A stretch of DNA of 61,295 nt, counting the filler, from Dugesia japonica (Eukaryota): the NCBI GenBank assembly GCA_001938525.1. It is 5 parts of 5 records of this genome, joined end to end, with 100 filler letters (N's around TTAATTAATTAA, not from the genome) between each part and the next. Parts side by side here need not be neighbours in the genome. Positions count along the whole stretch, not along the records: positions 1 to 9,326 come from MQRL01616012.1; positions 9,427 to 24,097 come from MQRL01589989.1; 3 more parts are not named here. One strand, 5' to 3'. Shown piece by piece: positions 1-13,700 of this stretch; position 1 is the first letter of the stretch, and the number at the start of each line of letters is the position of its first letter. Position numbers and translations under genes: made by a program. The notes beneath the pieces were generated by a model. It had not been told where the DNA came from. It made no database searches and saw only the letters and a program-made list of their open reading frames with translations.

Positions 1-818
1 TTGGTCACATCAAGTTGGAAGTTGTATGTAAGAATTTCCGCCAATAATGCTTCTTCCCTTTAATCATTGGGTCCATACGTTGCCATAGTTCTCATCTCTA
101 TATACATTGCTTTGACCGTATTGTGCCTTTCTTAAAGTCGCTTACTAAACTTTAAAAAAAACTTAATAAACTCGAAATAAAAATGTGTTTATAAAATTGT
201 TTGAGTGTGTTTGTTTATTTTTTCAATCCTTAAATTATTCTCTATGCTATAATCACTTAAATTTTATAAGCACTTAGTAAGTTTTAAATGACTACCAATG
301 TTTTCATTTATATTATGGTATCCAATCAAATTGCAAGAATCTATTACCGGGGTAGTAATTATTTTATATAAAACTATAAAGTATGACATTTAGTAAATTA
401 TCTTGATGTAATACTTACTTATCTTTAATTATTTATTGTATTATATATTAATAAAACAGATGAGAATCAATATGAATTGTAACAACGTTCTTTTAATACG
501 TTATGTTTATGTTTTTCATCATAGATTGAGTTTAGTATCTAAATATTATATAAGACGGTTATTGCTATTATCAACGGATCAACATATTAATTTACAGAGA
601 CAGTTGTTATTGCTTTAAGAAAGAACAATAAACTTATCTTTGTTAACAATTTTATATTATTAAATTATATTTTTCATATTTTCTTTACTATTTTTTCACT
701 AATTAGCTTTCAATTTATTTTTTCCAAATTTTAAAAATTATAATTATAATAATGGCAAAATTAACTGTAGATCATATAAATTAATTCATAGCATTAAAAT
801 ATGTATTGAATTTTCCAG

Positions 819-3085
819 TTGAATACCGAACGAGAAAGCAGAGATAAATTGAATTTGGAAAATCAGTTACGTGAAAAATCGAGAGAACTTTCTGACTACC
901 AAACGCGATTTGANTGTGAATTGACTGAATTACAACATAGATTGAAAGAATTAACTATTGTAAATGACAAATTGAAAATGCAAAACCTAGAAAAAGATCG
1001 GGCTCTCACTGCTCTACAGAGAATTAAAAATGGTGATACTGCTGGAGGTAAAATTTCTTACAATATTTTTGGAGAATTAGTTATAACAATGCTAATAAAA
1101 TTGGAATTGAATTTCGTATTTTCTGGGTTATAAATCGCTCCTGAATGTAGTTAGCGGAATCTAAATAATCAGAAAACATACTAAATAATTCGCTCCTGAA
1201 TATACATAGCAATACAAAATAATTATAATTTAATAATGTCATGAAAATCATCATTCAAAATTTCATTTAAAAATCAACAGATAAGTCGCTCATGTGTATG
1301 ACGCAGTAGTAAATTTTGCGAAAAAAACAGCGACTTATAATCCGGAAAAAGCCGTAATTCATTTAGAAATCAATTAAAAATTCGCATTTTAAACTCATTA
1401 TCATTATGTTTTATGAACAAATTTTACAGATATTCATACGCTTTATATATTTAATTTATATTTTAAGGTTCATTAACTCAATGAAACTGAGTTTTTCATT
1501 TTATAGCATATTTTATCTATAGATAGATGGTGGCGCATTGGATCGCCCAATCAAATTCTGGGTTACATGACCTTGAAAATTTTCGACCAATAAAATCGCT
1601 TAAAAATCAACACACATAATTTTCGACCAATTAAACTCTGGGCCAGTCGACTTGAAAAAATTCCTGGGAGTGACCCAGTTCACCACTATCTATCTACTTT
1701 TATCATTTTGTCAAAAGAAGAATTTATTTAATTTTGTAAATCAAAGTAGTTCCTTGAACATCCATCGTTTTCATGAGTACCTTAAATATATGTAAATTAA
1801 AATGAATTAATCTTTTTTAATAATTTACCATTTTTGGTTTATGGATGAAACTTAGTACTAATGAGTTTGGTTTAAATTCATTACCAACATTTAATTTTTA
1901 CAAAACTTTTCAACTATTTAGTCAAGTTTTACTCATTTTTGACAAAAATATCAGAAAATCATAAAATGTGTTGACAAACAAATTGCGATATAATTAGAAC
2001 ACTTAATCGATAGGTACAATGGTTCTTAATCCATGGTCCGCAAACCCAGGGATTCCGTTGCTTCTTAAGTGATCCGTGGATATTTAAAATTCCTAAATAA
2101 TTTAAGACTAATTAATAGTAGTTGTTGTACTAATTATTTATTAAAATTGTAAACTCAAGTAACTATATTAAAAACATTGTTCGGTTNNNNNNNNNNNNNN
2201 NNNNNNNNNNNNNNNNNNNNNNNNNNNNNNNNNNNNNNNNNNNNNNNNNNNNNNNNNNNNNNNATCGATAATATATGGTAAATAATTACAATGCATAGTT
2301 GATACTCTTGTTAGGCTCATCACTATAACAAAAATACGAAAGGTATCCGTAGTAAATAAGCTGGGTAAATATATATTTCTATTTTTTCATTCGATTTTCA
2401 GTTGATTTGTCATAATTAAATTAAATTATTATTATTATTATTATTATAAAATATTTGTTAGGATTAATATCAACAATAGAATTACTGATTTCTTATTTCA
2501 AAACTGTCCAACAAAATTCGAAATATTTAAACAACCATTTTGTATTAAACTTTTATAACAAATTACTAAAAAATCTAACTATAAAATAACAATATCAAAA
2601 GAGAATTTTAAAAATTAAAAATATTCTTAAATACAAATCCTCACAGTAACAATGCAGTAATTTTTTTCAAATAAGTTTCATTCATTTTTTAGTATGTCTC
2701 TAATATTATCATGAAGATTAGTGTGAGCATTTATTTAGAGATTGTCAAATTAACGTCGAACTCAATATTAAGTAATTCAATTTCAAAGTATGATACAATT
2801 GAAAAAACTCTATAAAATGTTTGAAGCACATGAAAACATTAATAAATAATTATTACCATACTTAGATTGCTATTAAAAATAATAAATATTTTTTATAAAA
2901 TGTTTATTGTGGGAAAATATTAATTTCCACGTTTCCTTGGTTACCTTGTAATTATAAGTATCAAAAATNNNNNNNNNNNNNNNNNNNNNNNNNNNNNNNN
3001 NNNNNNNNNNNNNNNNNNNNNNNNNNNNNNNNNNNNNNNNNNNNNNNNNNNNNNNNNNNNNNNNNNNNNNNNNNNNNNNNNNNNN

Positions 3086-3124
<39 letters not shown>

Positions 3125-6100
3125 TAATAATAATAATAATAATAATATTGATAATAATATAAATTTTATATTTGCATTAATTATTTGTAGAAATCAATAT
3201 GGAAGATAAAGCTACTCGGGTTCTTATTGAGGACACTGAAAGTATGCATCAAGCTTTGAGAAATATTTCCCAGGTTGTTTTGAATGATTCTGATTATTTG
3301 AGTGCAGAGGATTCTGGATTTGATACATTTAGAAGAAGTAATCGTTCACCAAGTCCGAGACGAAATCGCAGTGTCAGTCCCAATTCAAAATCCGCTAAAA
3401 CTCCTCCATTAGCTGATGCCACATTTGCTGCTGTACAATCTGCTTTGAATAAAAAATCTCTTCAGGTATTTCACTAATATATAAGTAATTCTTTGATAAA
3501 TATATATCCTTATTGTGTATTGTGGAGGTCATAATCATTTCTCTAAGATACGATGTATCTTCATTGTTAAAAGAATCCATAAAATTTTTGCGGACAGATT
3601 ATGAGGAGTCAAAACATTATATCGGTAAACATATCCCAGTTTGACCAAATTATCGCTTGTCCTTAGAGTCGTAGAACCTCGTTTTGATATTCTCTAGATT
3701 ATTGAACGAGCGTCCTCGCAGAAAATGTACCGGAAATGGTGTTAGTCAGATGACGCGAGATCAGAGCTGTAAGCTGAATGNGGTAAGAGTTTTATTCCAT
3801 TAAGTTCTCTAATTTCTTCAATCGTCTATCTGGGCGTATGCTGTTTGGCATTGTCTTACAATAAATATATTCGTTTTCGGTTGACCACTGCCGGATATTT
3901 CTTGCATAAAGCCTCATACATTCTATAGAGCTTAACACTATAGAGGTTATATATAAGAATTTTTAAAAAAAGTCGAAATTTGACTTTTATATGGACATTT
4001 GAAATAAGCCATATTATTTATTAATATAGTTTTGTTATTGCTATTTGATTGTTGAATCATTCATTTAAAAATAGTACGAAACCGTATAAATTTGATGAAT
4101 ATTAAATTTAAATAAATTCGGTAGTTAATCGAGAAAAATTTAATTATATTTCATTGTTTTCTGATTGGAAACAACAGTTTTAATAAACATTTAATTAATG
4201 CTAAATGAGAAACTGATTAGCATTTACCACTCCATGTTAGCATGATTTATTTGTTGTCTATTATAATTATGCAAATTTATACACCTCTAAAATTATTCTA
4301 TAATTTAACATTTTTTATTAATTTATATTTTTTAATTTGTTTTTACCACTTGACAATTTCTTTGATACAAATTATCTTCAAATATATATTTATCAAATAA
4401 TACTTTTAAATAAATTCTTTTAGATTATTTACTGGATTTTACTTTATTTCCTTTTGATCTATTTATTTTACTCTATTTAATTAATAATCATGTAAGCTTA
4501 ATATAATATTAATATAACATTATAAATAAGAATTTATTTGTCAAATTTACAATCAAACCATATATAATTTATACTCTACAAGACGTCCATGTTTCTGAAA
4601 AATTTGAATATATTGTCTGATCTAATTTTTCAGAATTCATTTAAAATAAAAGCTTCGATCAAAATTTATTTTTTTGATAATAATTCTATATTTCAACTTT
4701 GTCTTCGTCAGGAATTGACTTTTGAGAAGAAGTCAATTCCTGACGAAGACAAAGTTGAAATATAGAATTATTATCAAAAAATAAAAAAAAAACAAAATTC
4801 GATCGAAGTTTTTATTTTAAATAAATTCTAAAAATCGATCAATGATTATGTCCAACAATTATTCTCGCAATAATTGCAATTGTAAAATAATTTTTTAATA
4901 GTAGAATTCTCAATACAGTAAAACCTCCATATAAAGTACACCATATTTGCAAATAAAATTGTGTACTTTATAGCGATGTACCTTGGATCAAGAGTCAATA
5001 CCCTTTAAAAATAAAATAAACTCGGCTCATTCTCATTTTTTTGTACCTTTAAGAGAGGTGTACTTTTTAGTGGGTGTACTTTATATGGAGGTTTTACTGT
5101 ATAATATAACAAATATCATCATTTCGACTCGTTTAATTATTTCTATTTAAAAAATTTAAATGAATAAAAAATAAGTTTCAACTCCGATCTTTTTAAGTGT
5201 AAAAATGGTTTTTAGAACGAGTTTTATATTTACTTTTAACACAAATTTATTTATAATATTATGGAAGAAAAAATAGATTTGTAGCGCTCATCGTTGAATT
5301 CAATAGATCAGTTGATTTCATTAACTTTATTAATAAAACTCTAACAACAAAAATTTGTTTCTTTAAATAAAGTAAAAATAATTTTCAGTTCAGTTGAAGT
5401 TCTCCATAAAATTATTTATTGAAATATTATAAAACTTTTTTAAAATTAGAATTTATTTCCTAAATATTTTAACTCAACTCGTCTATAAAATTTTAAAATA
5501 TAATAATTCAAAAATATTACATCTTAAATTTTTTAAGAAGCGAAGATTAAAATTGCAGTTCTTTGTTTTTCAATATTTTGACATAGCCTTCTTCAGGAAT
5601 TGTTGTTCAGTAACTACTTTATACAAACTTTGACATGAAGACAGATTTTAAATAAATCTGAGTAAAATCGATTTTCATTGGATTTTAATTGTAATATAAA
5701 ATTAAAATAAATTTGTATTTATTTCTCATTTGTATTTAGCTTCACATTTAGTATTAATTAAAATACTTTTTGCAAAAATTCTAATTTGAAAATACTATTA
5801 ATTTTTAGATTAATTCTTTATTAACAATTTTAAATTAGATAAATCGATTTCAAATTTCCATTAAAAATTTTANNNNNNNNNNNATATATTTTTTTAGAAA
5901 CGTAATAACTTATTTTCAATTTAATTTACATTACAAAAATTATTTTAAGAGAAACCTCAACTGAAACGACAAAAAATTCAACCCGATTTTTTTTTCAAAA
6001 GATCTCACAAATAAAATATAGATTTATCAATGTTGCATAACTCATTGAAGTCACCAAATTTATCTCACTAAGAAATTTGAACTCGTTATTAATTTGATCA

Positions 6101-8264
6101 ATTATCAAATTCATCAACCGTAAAGTTGAAGTTCTCATTTTCGTTTTGATAATTTTTTTTTAATCGACTACCACAATTATTATTTTAAAAATTTTCAAAA
6201 TTAAGTTGAATTTGGTCAACTATTATAAAGTATGAGTAACAATAATAACGTTATATATCTGAAAAAATTTTAAAATAGGCTCCCCTATTAATGAATACAC
6301 TTCTTAAAGAATACACTCCCCTATTAATGAATACACTTCTTAAAGAATACACTCCCCTATTAATGAACTTTAATACACCTAATTCTGGTTTTACGCGAAT
6401 TTGATTTAACGTAATGATTTTTTTGAATCAAATTCTCTTAAAATAAGATCATGTAAAAGCAGAATTGGGTATAGGTTTTTCCAAATTTTTACTTCTGTAC
6501 TTGTGAAGAAATTACTTGAGTTCATTTTAAATATTTAATAATCCTATTTATTAATCCTATTTAATAAATCAGTAGCTTTTAATAACTGTGGTATTTATTT
6601 TTACAATAATGAATAAAGTACAGAGAAATTCTGAAAATATGAATGCCGGAAAATATTACATTTGACTGAAATTTTGAGTTTAATGAAGAATGGTAATTTT
6701 TTAATTTACACGATGTGCACACATGTCAATCCCATCCTAATTAAGATTTTGATTGGCGTGTTTACACGTTGAAAGCAGTTAACTGGTTAAATAAAATAAT
6801 CTCTGTTTACTTTTTAGACCATTATTAATCGTTTCATCATCTGTAATATCAGTAAATTAAATGAATAAACATATAAAAATGTTGTTTATAAAATATAATT
6901 TCATCTTTTATTAATTAGATTCAGGAATTGAAATCTAAATTAAACAGCTCAAAGGATAGTTGTTCTAATTTAAAAAAGCAAATTGAAGATAATGAAAATG
7001 AACGACGAAGACTAGAAAGTCAGGTGTTAGCAATGAGAGATGAAATTGAAAGTTTACGAAGAGATAGAGAAGATAGTCTGAGAGATGCAGATAGATTTAA
7101 GAATTCCTTAAATATTACATCTAACGAGCGTGCTCAATTGGAAAAGGTCAGAACCTCTTTAAATGACCAAATAGAACAACAACTTTCAGAAATGGAAAGA
7201 CTTAAATCCGCTAATCATGAATTACAGAGATTGAGAGAAGTTTTAGAAGACGAACAAGAAGATACCAGAAAAGATTTGGAAAGACAATTGAAAGAAAACG
7301 AAAGATGTCAGCGATGTATTGAAGCATTAGAAGAAAAAGTAAGCCGATTTAAAGAGGATGTTATTAATTACAAAGAAGCTGTCAATAAATATCAATTAGA
7401 AAAGGAAGTTTTGACACAAGAGAAAGATGAAATCGGTGATGCTTTAAGTCGCTGTGAAATTTCCAAGGCTGAATTAGAAATTGAAGTAAATAAACGTCAG
7501 ACAGTTGAAGTGAATTTAGAAGAAAATATTTCCAAATTATCAGCGGATATAGAAGAATTAAATGATAAACGATCTGAAATGCATAGATCAATTAAACAGT
7601 TGGAACATGAACGAAATTCTCTTCTTAATGAAAAGCGTTGCTTAGAACAAGAAAAATGCGGTTTGAAAGATGAATTAGTTCGATCAGAACAAGAAGCTCT
7701 TGGATTATCAAATGAAAAGGCTATTCAGCGTCAAAGAATTGAACAAATGGAAGTCAATACCGAAAGATTGGAAGAAGAATTATCTGACCTAAATAGAGAA
7801 AAACTAGATCTCACGGAACAAGTAAATATAAAGAAAGTTTTAATTATAATAAATATTACTTTTAGATTGGTTGTTTACAAAGACAGAAATCTGCTCTTGC
7901 TGAAGAACTTTTACAGTGTCGTAGAGAATTAGAACGAGCGAATAATAATATCAATAATCTTTCAAAGGAAAAGGAATACCTAACAAAGGAGAAAGGAGAA
8001 CTAGTTGTTCAAGTTACTGCTTGTGAAAGGGAAAATCGTCAACAATCTGAAGTCATTGCTTCATTGAATTCTGATCGAGAACAGCTTGAGGCTACTCTTT
8101 ATGAAGCTCAACAATTAATTATCCAATTAGAAACTAGAAAAGAACAATTAGAAGGAGAAAATCAGGAATTGTTAATTAAAAAAGAGAATTTAACTGGTTA
8201 TTATTATTATTATTNNNNNNNNNNNNNNNNNNNNNNNNNNNNNNNNNNNNNNNNNNNNNNNNNN

Positions 8265-8335
<71 letters not shown>

Positions 8336-8883
8336 GGAGAATTAACAAGATTACGGCAAGAATTTCAAATGGAGTACGAAAAAGTTATTAATTCCAGAGA
8401 ACAGTTGAACGGAAAATATCAACAAATGGAAAAAGAATATAAATTGGCAATTCAACAAGAACGCGATACACATATGGAAGATGTTGATAGATTATCAAAA
8501 TTGAATGAAAACAATCGACTAGGATTCGAAAACGAAAGAGAGGAAATGATTCACAGATTCAGTATGGAGCGAGATGATATTATACAGAATTATGAACAAG
8601 AAAAACAAGAAATGGCCCAAGAAATAATGACAATCCAGAGAGAAAGAGATGATTCATTACTAATGGCGGAGAACGATAAACAACATTCGCTAAGTATATT
8701 AGAACAAGAAAAATGTGCAATCAATGAAAAGCTTATTAAAAATCAATTCGAATTGCAATCAATCGAATCAGAATTGGATAGAGTTAGAAAGGAATCCGCT
8801 AATCGGCAAGAACAAGACAAGCAGAATATTGCAAGCTTATCAAATGAATTGAAATCATTCAGATCACAATTTGAAGAGAAATG
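819..8883 (+). CDS. CROCC: Rootletin (ciliary rootlet coiled-coil protein)-like, partial, 5 internal exons
   Basis: Exons 819-1047, 3191-3465, 6919-7821, 7866-8196 and 8337-8883 have AG/GT boundaries and consistent phases (1,0,0,1). The product is a long heptad coiled coil with rootletin-like segments (ALRNISQVVLND, RSPSPRR..LADATFAAVQSALNKKSLQ, EKGELVVQVTACEREN..LEATLYEAQQ, IQRERDDSLLMAENDKQ). Both ends are missing. Confidence 0.85.
1520..1696. mobile_element. Small MITE-like element
   Basis: Imperfect terminal inverted repeats TAGATAGATGGTG / CACCACTATCTATCTA and internal short direct repeats (AATTTTCGACCAAT). Confidence 0.5.
3600..3935 (-). mobile_element. Decayed mariner transposase, C-terminal fragment
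   Basis: The minus strand reads ..IYLL*DNAKQHTPR..HSAYSSDLASSD*HHF.., matching the mariner motifs DNAxPH and HPPYSPDLAPSDY, with stops. Confidence 0.75.
4682..4716 (-). ncRNA. Minimal type I hammerhead ribozyme motif (inverted twin)
   Basis: Exact reverse complement of 4735-4769. Confidence 0.6.
4735..4769 (+). ncRNA. Minimal type I hammerhead ribozyme motif
   Basis: AATTC-CTGACGA-A-GAC(AAA)GTT-GAAA-TA-TA|GAATT: 5-bp stem I, intact CUGANGA and GAAA core, short stem II, palindromic ATAT stem III region. Confidence 0.6.
4916..5099. mobile_element. pogo/Tigger-type MITE (184 bp)
   Basis: Perfect TIRs CAGTAAAACCTCCATATAAAGTACACC / GGTGTACTTTATATGGAGGTTTTACTG with TA on both sides. Confidence 0.85.
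6279..6367. repeat. Tandem repeat, 36-bp unit, ~2.5 copies
   Basis: CTCCCCTATTAATGAATACACTTCTTAAAGAATACA is repeated. Confidence 0.85.
8198..8334. repeat. (ATT)n microsatellite filling a rootletin intron
   Basis: Pure TTA repeats with an internal N run lie between donor GT 8197 and acceptor AG 8335-8336. Another (AAT)n tract is at 3086-3160. Confidence 0.9.
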
Positions 8884-9326
8884 GTAATGATTTTTATTAT
8901 GTTTTATTTACTTAAAAAATAAAAACTATTTATTTTNNNNNNNNNNNNNNNNNNNNNNNNNNNNNNNNNNNNNNNNNNNNNTTATTCACTTTTTTAAAAA
9001 TTTTAACTATTGATCTCTGAGTGATAAAATTAAATATTTTCAAAATTACGAAAATAAACTAAGGCTTAGATCAAAACAATTTTCAAAAATAATGTTTTTT
9101 TGAAAACATTTTTGTAACTTTAATAAAAATTTTATTAAGAGTCATTTCAAACCTCACGGTAAATTGGTAAGAAACTACATGTTCACTAAACAACAGCTTG
9201 GTGTCATCTTAATGAAATTTGTGAAGTACGAAAAAATGTTCAGATGACTACATTCTAATCTAACGATATAAAATATTATGAACCGTATAGAATCATATTT
9301 AGTACAATTTAAACCTATTTCTTGAT

Positions 9327-9426
9327 NNNNNNNNNNNNNNNNNNNNNNNNNNNNNNNNNNNNNNNNNNNNTTAATTAATTAANNNNNNNNNNNNNNNNNN
9401 NNNNNNNNNNNNNNNNNNNNNNNNNN
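9327..9426. other. Artificial contig linker
   Basis: 44 N + TTAATTAATTAA (stops in all six frames) + 44 N. Confidence 0.95.
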
Positions 9427-10290
9427 GAAAACAACAGAGAGAAGAAACCTTTCGAGTATTCATGGCAATAATAAGATTAGAAATATTTCTATAGGCGATA
9501 AACTAGACAAAATTATGTTATTAAGAGTATTCATAAATGTTTTGAGAAACCAAAAGGTTAACAGATTTGTCACATTAACAAGACCGACAACAGTTAATGA
9601 AGTATTTAATACAGTTAACTTCACCTAAACAATGTGTAATAAAACTGAAAGAGTGTACCAGATAGAAAAACAAACCAGTGAATTGACTAACTATAAAAGA
9701 AAATGCAAAAAAATAAGATTAGAAATTAAAGACTCATTATTAGTTAATCTTTATTTAAGATTTAATGCATTTTTTATACATATAAAATAAAATTTTATTG
9801 ATTATAAGGTGTCGCAAAACAAATTCTTTTAGGGTGTTACTAATGTTACGGTTCCATTTAGGCAGCTCAATTTTAAGTTACATCTAAGATGACATAGGGA
9901 AATCCTGCGAAGAACTAAATCTAGTGTACACTTTCTAGATCTTTAGTTTTGAGCCGGTGACTTGTAACCAGTAATTCGAGTACATGGTCGAACCTTGTAA
10001 AAATGCATATAATAGTAGATTATTAATTAAATTAAAAGTTTTATGATTTGAAATATTTTAATTTAAATATATGCTGATGTTAGCCTTTTATCTTATTATA
10101 AAATTATTACAAATAATTATAGTATAATTATTAAAGTACATTTGTTATAATAAGACGTTTTTTTAAAATTTTGATATTATTTAATTATATAAACTATTAT
10201 AAAGTATTCATTAATTTTTTAAGCAAAAACTATATTTAAAATATTTTACTCATTGTTACCTAATATATTCTTATAATTTTAGAANTATTT

Positions 10291-10720
10291 TTGTTAATTA
10301 TGGCTNGGATATTAATAGATATTAGGAAATTAGTCATTCAAAAATTGAAAGAGGGTTTGGCTCAGAGGAAAGTTGCAATTCAACTTAATATTTTAAGACA
10401 TGATGCACAAGATATTATACTCAAGACGAAAAAACATAAAACATGGAGAAATTTATTTAAAATTTGTCGTAAGCCGAAATATACACAAAGATCTGAAAGA
10501 TCACTTATTTGTATAATAATGGAATATCCGCAGAAAACAACACGTCAGCCTTTGATTGATTGGAAAACAAGCCAAAATTCTTCAGTTAGTACTGTCAAGT
10601 GCGGCTTGTTTGGACGGGTTGCAGTGAAGAAACCCTTATTAAATGGGCGACATATCAAGAATCCCTTAAAGTTGTGCAAAGACTTTGGAAAACTATTAAG
10701 CAAAGAGCATTTAATTAATG
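10291..10720 (+). mobile_element. Tc1-like transposase N-terminal remnant
   Basis: HTH region (GLAQRKVAIQLNI..), CRKPKYT (GRP-type linker) and GLFGRVAVKKPLL, typical of Tc1. It is truncated before the DDE domain. Confidence 0.75.
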
Positions 10721-13700
10721 AAAATTATATATTCAATCGTTACACCACTCACTAAAATTTATTGATTACAACATAATTTATAACTTACGTAAACCAATTA
10801 AAATTAACGTGAGTGATGTATCGATCTGGAGCAAGCACAGAGCGCGATTAGAAATAACTTTGGTAACCCGATTGAATAAATCGACCTATCTCTGATTTCA
10901 CACTAGCGTAGTGTCGATTTCTCTCCGATTCATGTACACACCTACATAATATGTCTCTATCTATTGCATTCACCTAAATTTATTTCATATGTTTATAACT
11001 TCAGAGATCCTTCAAATCCTGTCTATCTTCTCATGAATTAAAATTCCAAATCGGAAACCGTCACAATAATCCTTCAAAAAATCACCTTTTTCTATTTGTT
11101 ATAGTTCAAGTTCAAAAGTGAATTTATTTGGTTGATGTTTTTTGTGAAAATTACAGCGATATTAATTCCAGTTTTCTGGTACGCTCCCATTCTTTTTATT
11201 GGTTAATTAGCATCGTTCCAGCTTTTATAATGTTCTTATTCGCTAAATAATTCACGCCCTGTCACATGATTTCTTCTCATTGGTTAATGTTTTGGAAGTC
11301 CAAAACTAATGGAATCTAATTGGCTACTTTTAAAACTCCGGTAATTTCAGTCTTGGCTAAGCTATGATTTTCTAGCATACGTTTTCCAAATCTATGAAGT
11401 TTTCTTGATCATAATTTTCTTATTCACTGCTTTCTTTATCCATGAGAAGTCTTCGTTTTCTTTAATTTTCGCTTTATTGTGAAATTAATTTCTTTTTATA
11501 AGAAATCATTTTAATTNNNNNNNNNNNNNNNNNNNNNNNNNNNNNNNNNNNNNNNNNNNNNNNTTCACAATTAATTTATTAATTAGATTTTCATTTTCCG
11601 TTTCCAAGCTAAAATTTAATTTAATTTGGGCTTTTCTTTCCATAAATAATTCATTTAATTTATTTCCTCACTCTTTAATTATTAATTTAATTCAATTTTC
11701 TTTATTCTTCTTAATAAATTATTTGCTCAAGTTTTTAGTTGCAGATTTCTTTGTTTTCTAAGTATGCTTGTGTCTTCTGTCATTTTCTTTCTTCTTTGGT
11801 TTCCTCCTTTCCATGTTGTTTAATTTTTTTTCAAGATTATACTGACTATTGCCTTTTTTTTTAATTCCCTATTCTTGATTTTCCCTAAATTACTTCTTTC
11901 TTTAACTGATCTTTGACCTCTTATTTTTTGGATTCTTATATTCACTTTCCGATAACTTCTTCTTTGATTTCGTCTCTACCTATCTTTATTATTATCATTT
12001 TATATCAGGTGTTCTACCTTAACACAATTTAAATATAAATACAATTACAGATACTAATTACAAAAACATGAAATACACTTAATACAAATCCTCACAATAA
12101 TGTAAACCAAATCTGATATTATTTAATATGTTTAAAACATTTTTGAAATTTACCAATATAAAATTTTCAAAACTTTTTACATTTTTTAAATTACAATTTC
12201 TGGTTGTTCTTTTTCTTAAAAGTACTTTCATAAATTGTAAAANNNNNNNNNNNNNNNNNNNNNNNNNNNNNNNNNNNNNNNNNNNNNNNNNNNNNNNNNN
12301 NNNNNNNNNNNNNNNNNNNNNNNNNNNNNNNNNNNNNNGAAATTCACAATCACTCTGAATGATTCCTCATATCTGTCTTGAAATTTATCAAGTGCTTTTC
12401 TAAATCTATTTCTAGATATTTTTCCCATATAGCTCTCTGTCATATAATCGGCTATATTCTCATCTCTGTCATGACACGATAATTCGTATATTTCCCGTAC
12501 CTTCTCTTGTATCTTATTCTCTAGTATCATCATAAGGCTTGTAGATCTCAAATGATTTTTTTCTGAACTAAGTAAATGAGATTTTTCTTATTTTTGTGCC
12601 AAATTCACCCATAAAGCACAATCAATCTTGATCTTTCATTTTGTTTTCTTTCTACTCACTTACTTTTATAATAATACACCAAGACCTCGAGATGCATTAT
12701 TTATTGGGATCGAGAAATGACAATGCAATTTAAAACAACTCAAATCAGAATAATATTTTCTTTATATTTGCATACCTATTTTTGTTAATTGGTTAACGCA
12801 AAGTGAATTAACAACGCAACTTCGAAACGACGCAAATTTAGGTTTTAGTGTATTTGTGTTTAATAATGANNNNNNNNNNNNNNNNNNNNNNNNNNNNNNN
12901 NNNNNNNNNNNNNNNNNNNNNNNNNNNNNNNNNNNNNNNNNNNNNNNNNNNNNNNNNNNNNNNNNNNNNNNNNNNNNNNNNNNNNNNNNNNNNNNNNNNN
13001 NNNNNNNNNNNNNNNNNNNNNAAATTCCGTTATTTCGTAATATTATGTGACCATTATTTGATGTAATAGTACCGTAGATTACCTTAAGTATGCCCGGTAT
13101 TTGTTTTTATATTTTTGGAGAATACATTTCTCTGTCCCAGGTTTTATCAGGATTTTATTGAAAGCAAGCTTTTCGAAATTTTTTGCGTTTTCCTAAGTTG
13201 AAAATTTTTTTAAAAAAACTAATTATTTTATAATTTTAAATTTATTTTGATATACCTTAATGGAAAACCATTTAAAAGAGGCACTGAAACTCATTGAAGA
13301 TTGATTATAGAATTATGAAATTTAATTAACACATTTCTAAACTTAGAAATAAAGTAATACTTCAAAAACAAAAACTAATTTGATTGCCGAAATTTATTTG
13401 CTAGTATTTACGGAGAGCTGATCAAAATTTTAATTAAAATACGATATAACATAAATCTTGGATTATTAATAAATTAGTTGGTAAAAATAAATTATTAAAA
13501 AAAAATTCATTGTACTATTTAAAAATTATCCTTATTAATTCTACATTCTGAAGCTTAATTATAAATATAATTCATAGAGAATAATTCTGAATTATTTATA
13601 TAAATATTATAGTTACTGCTAAACTGATAAATAAGTGAATTTAATAAAGGAAATGATTCCTGTTTTAATTTATTAATATCTAACTATAAACTGAAATACG

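Larger units (their letters stand above)
4626..4887. mobile_element. Fold-back (5'-inverted) copy of a Penelope-like repeat, family A, carrying two hammerhead motifs
   Basis: Arms ~4626-4722 and ~4730-4835 are near-perfect reverse complements. The right arm continues into the family 3' tail CCAACAATTATTCTCRCAATAATTGCAATTGT. Confidence 0.7.

Noticed and set aside
6279-6367. Spaced repeats resembling a CRISPR array (also 59785-59910)
   Set aside because: The spacers are identical or themselves repeated, there are few units, the context is eukaryotic, and there are no cas genes.
8197-8345. Poly-Tyr / poly-Ile tail of ORF 8064-8345
   Set aside because: It is read-through into an intronic (ATT)n microsatellite.
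9371-9382. Recurrent TTAATTAATTAA as a biological motif
   Set aside because: It is always centred between exactly 44 N on each side, so it is an assembly spacer.
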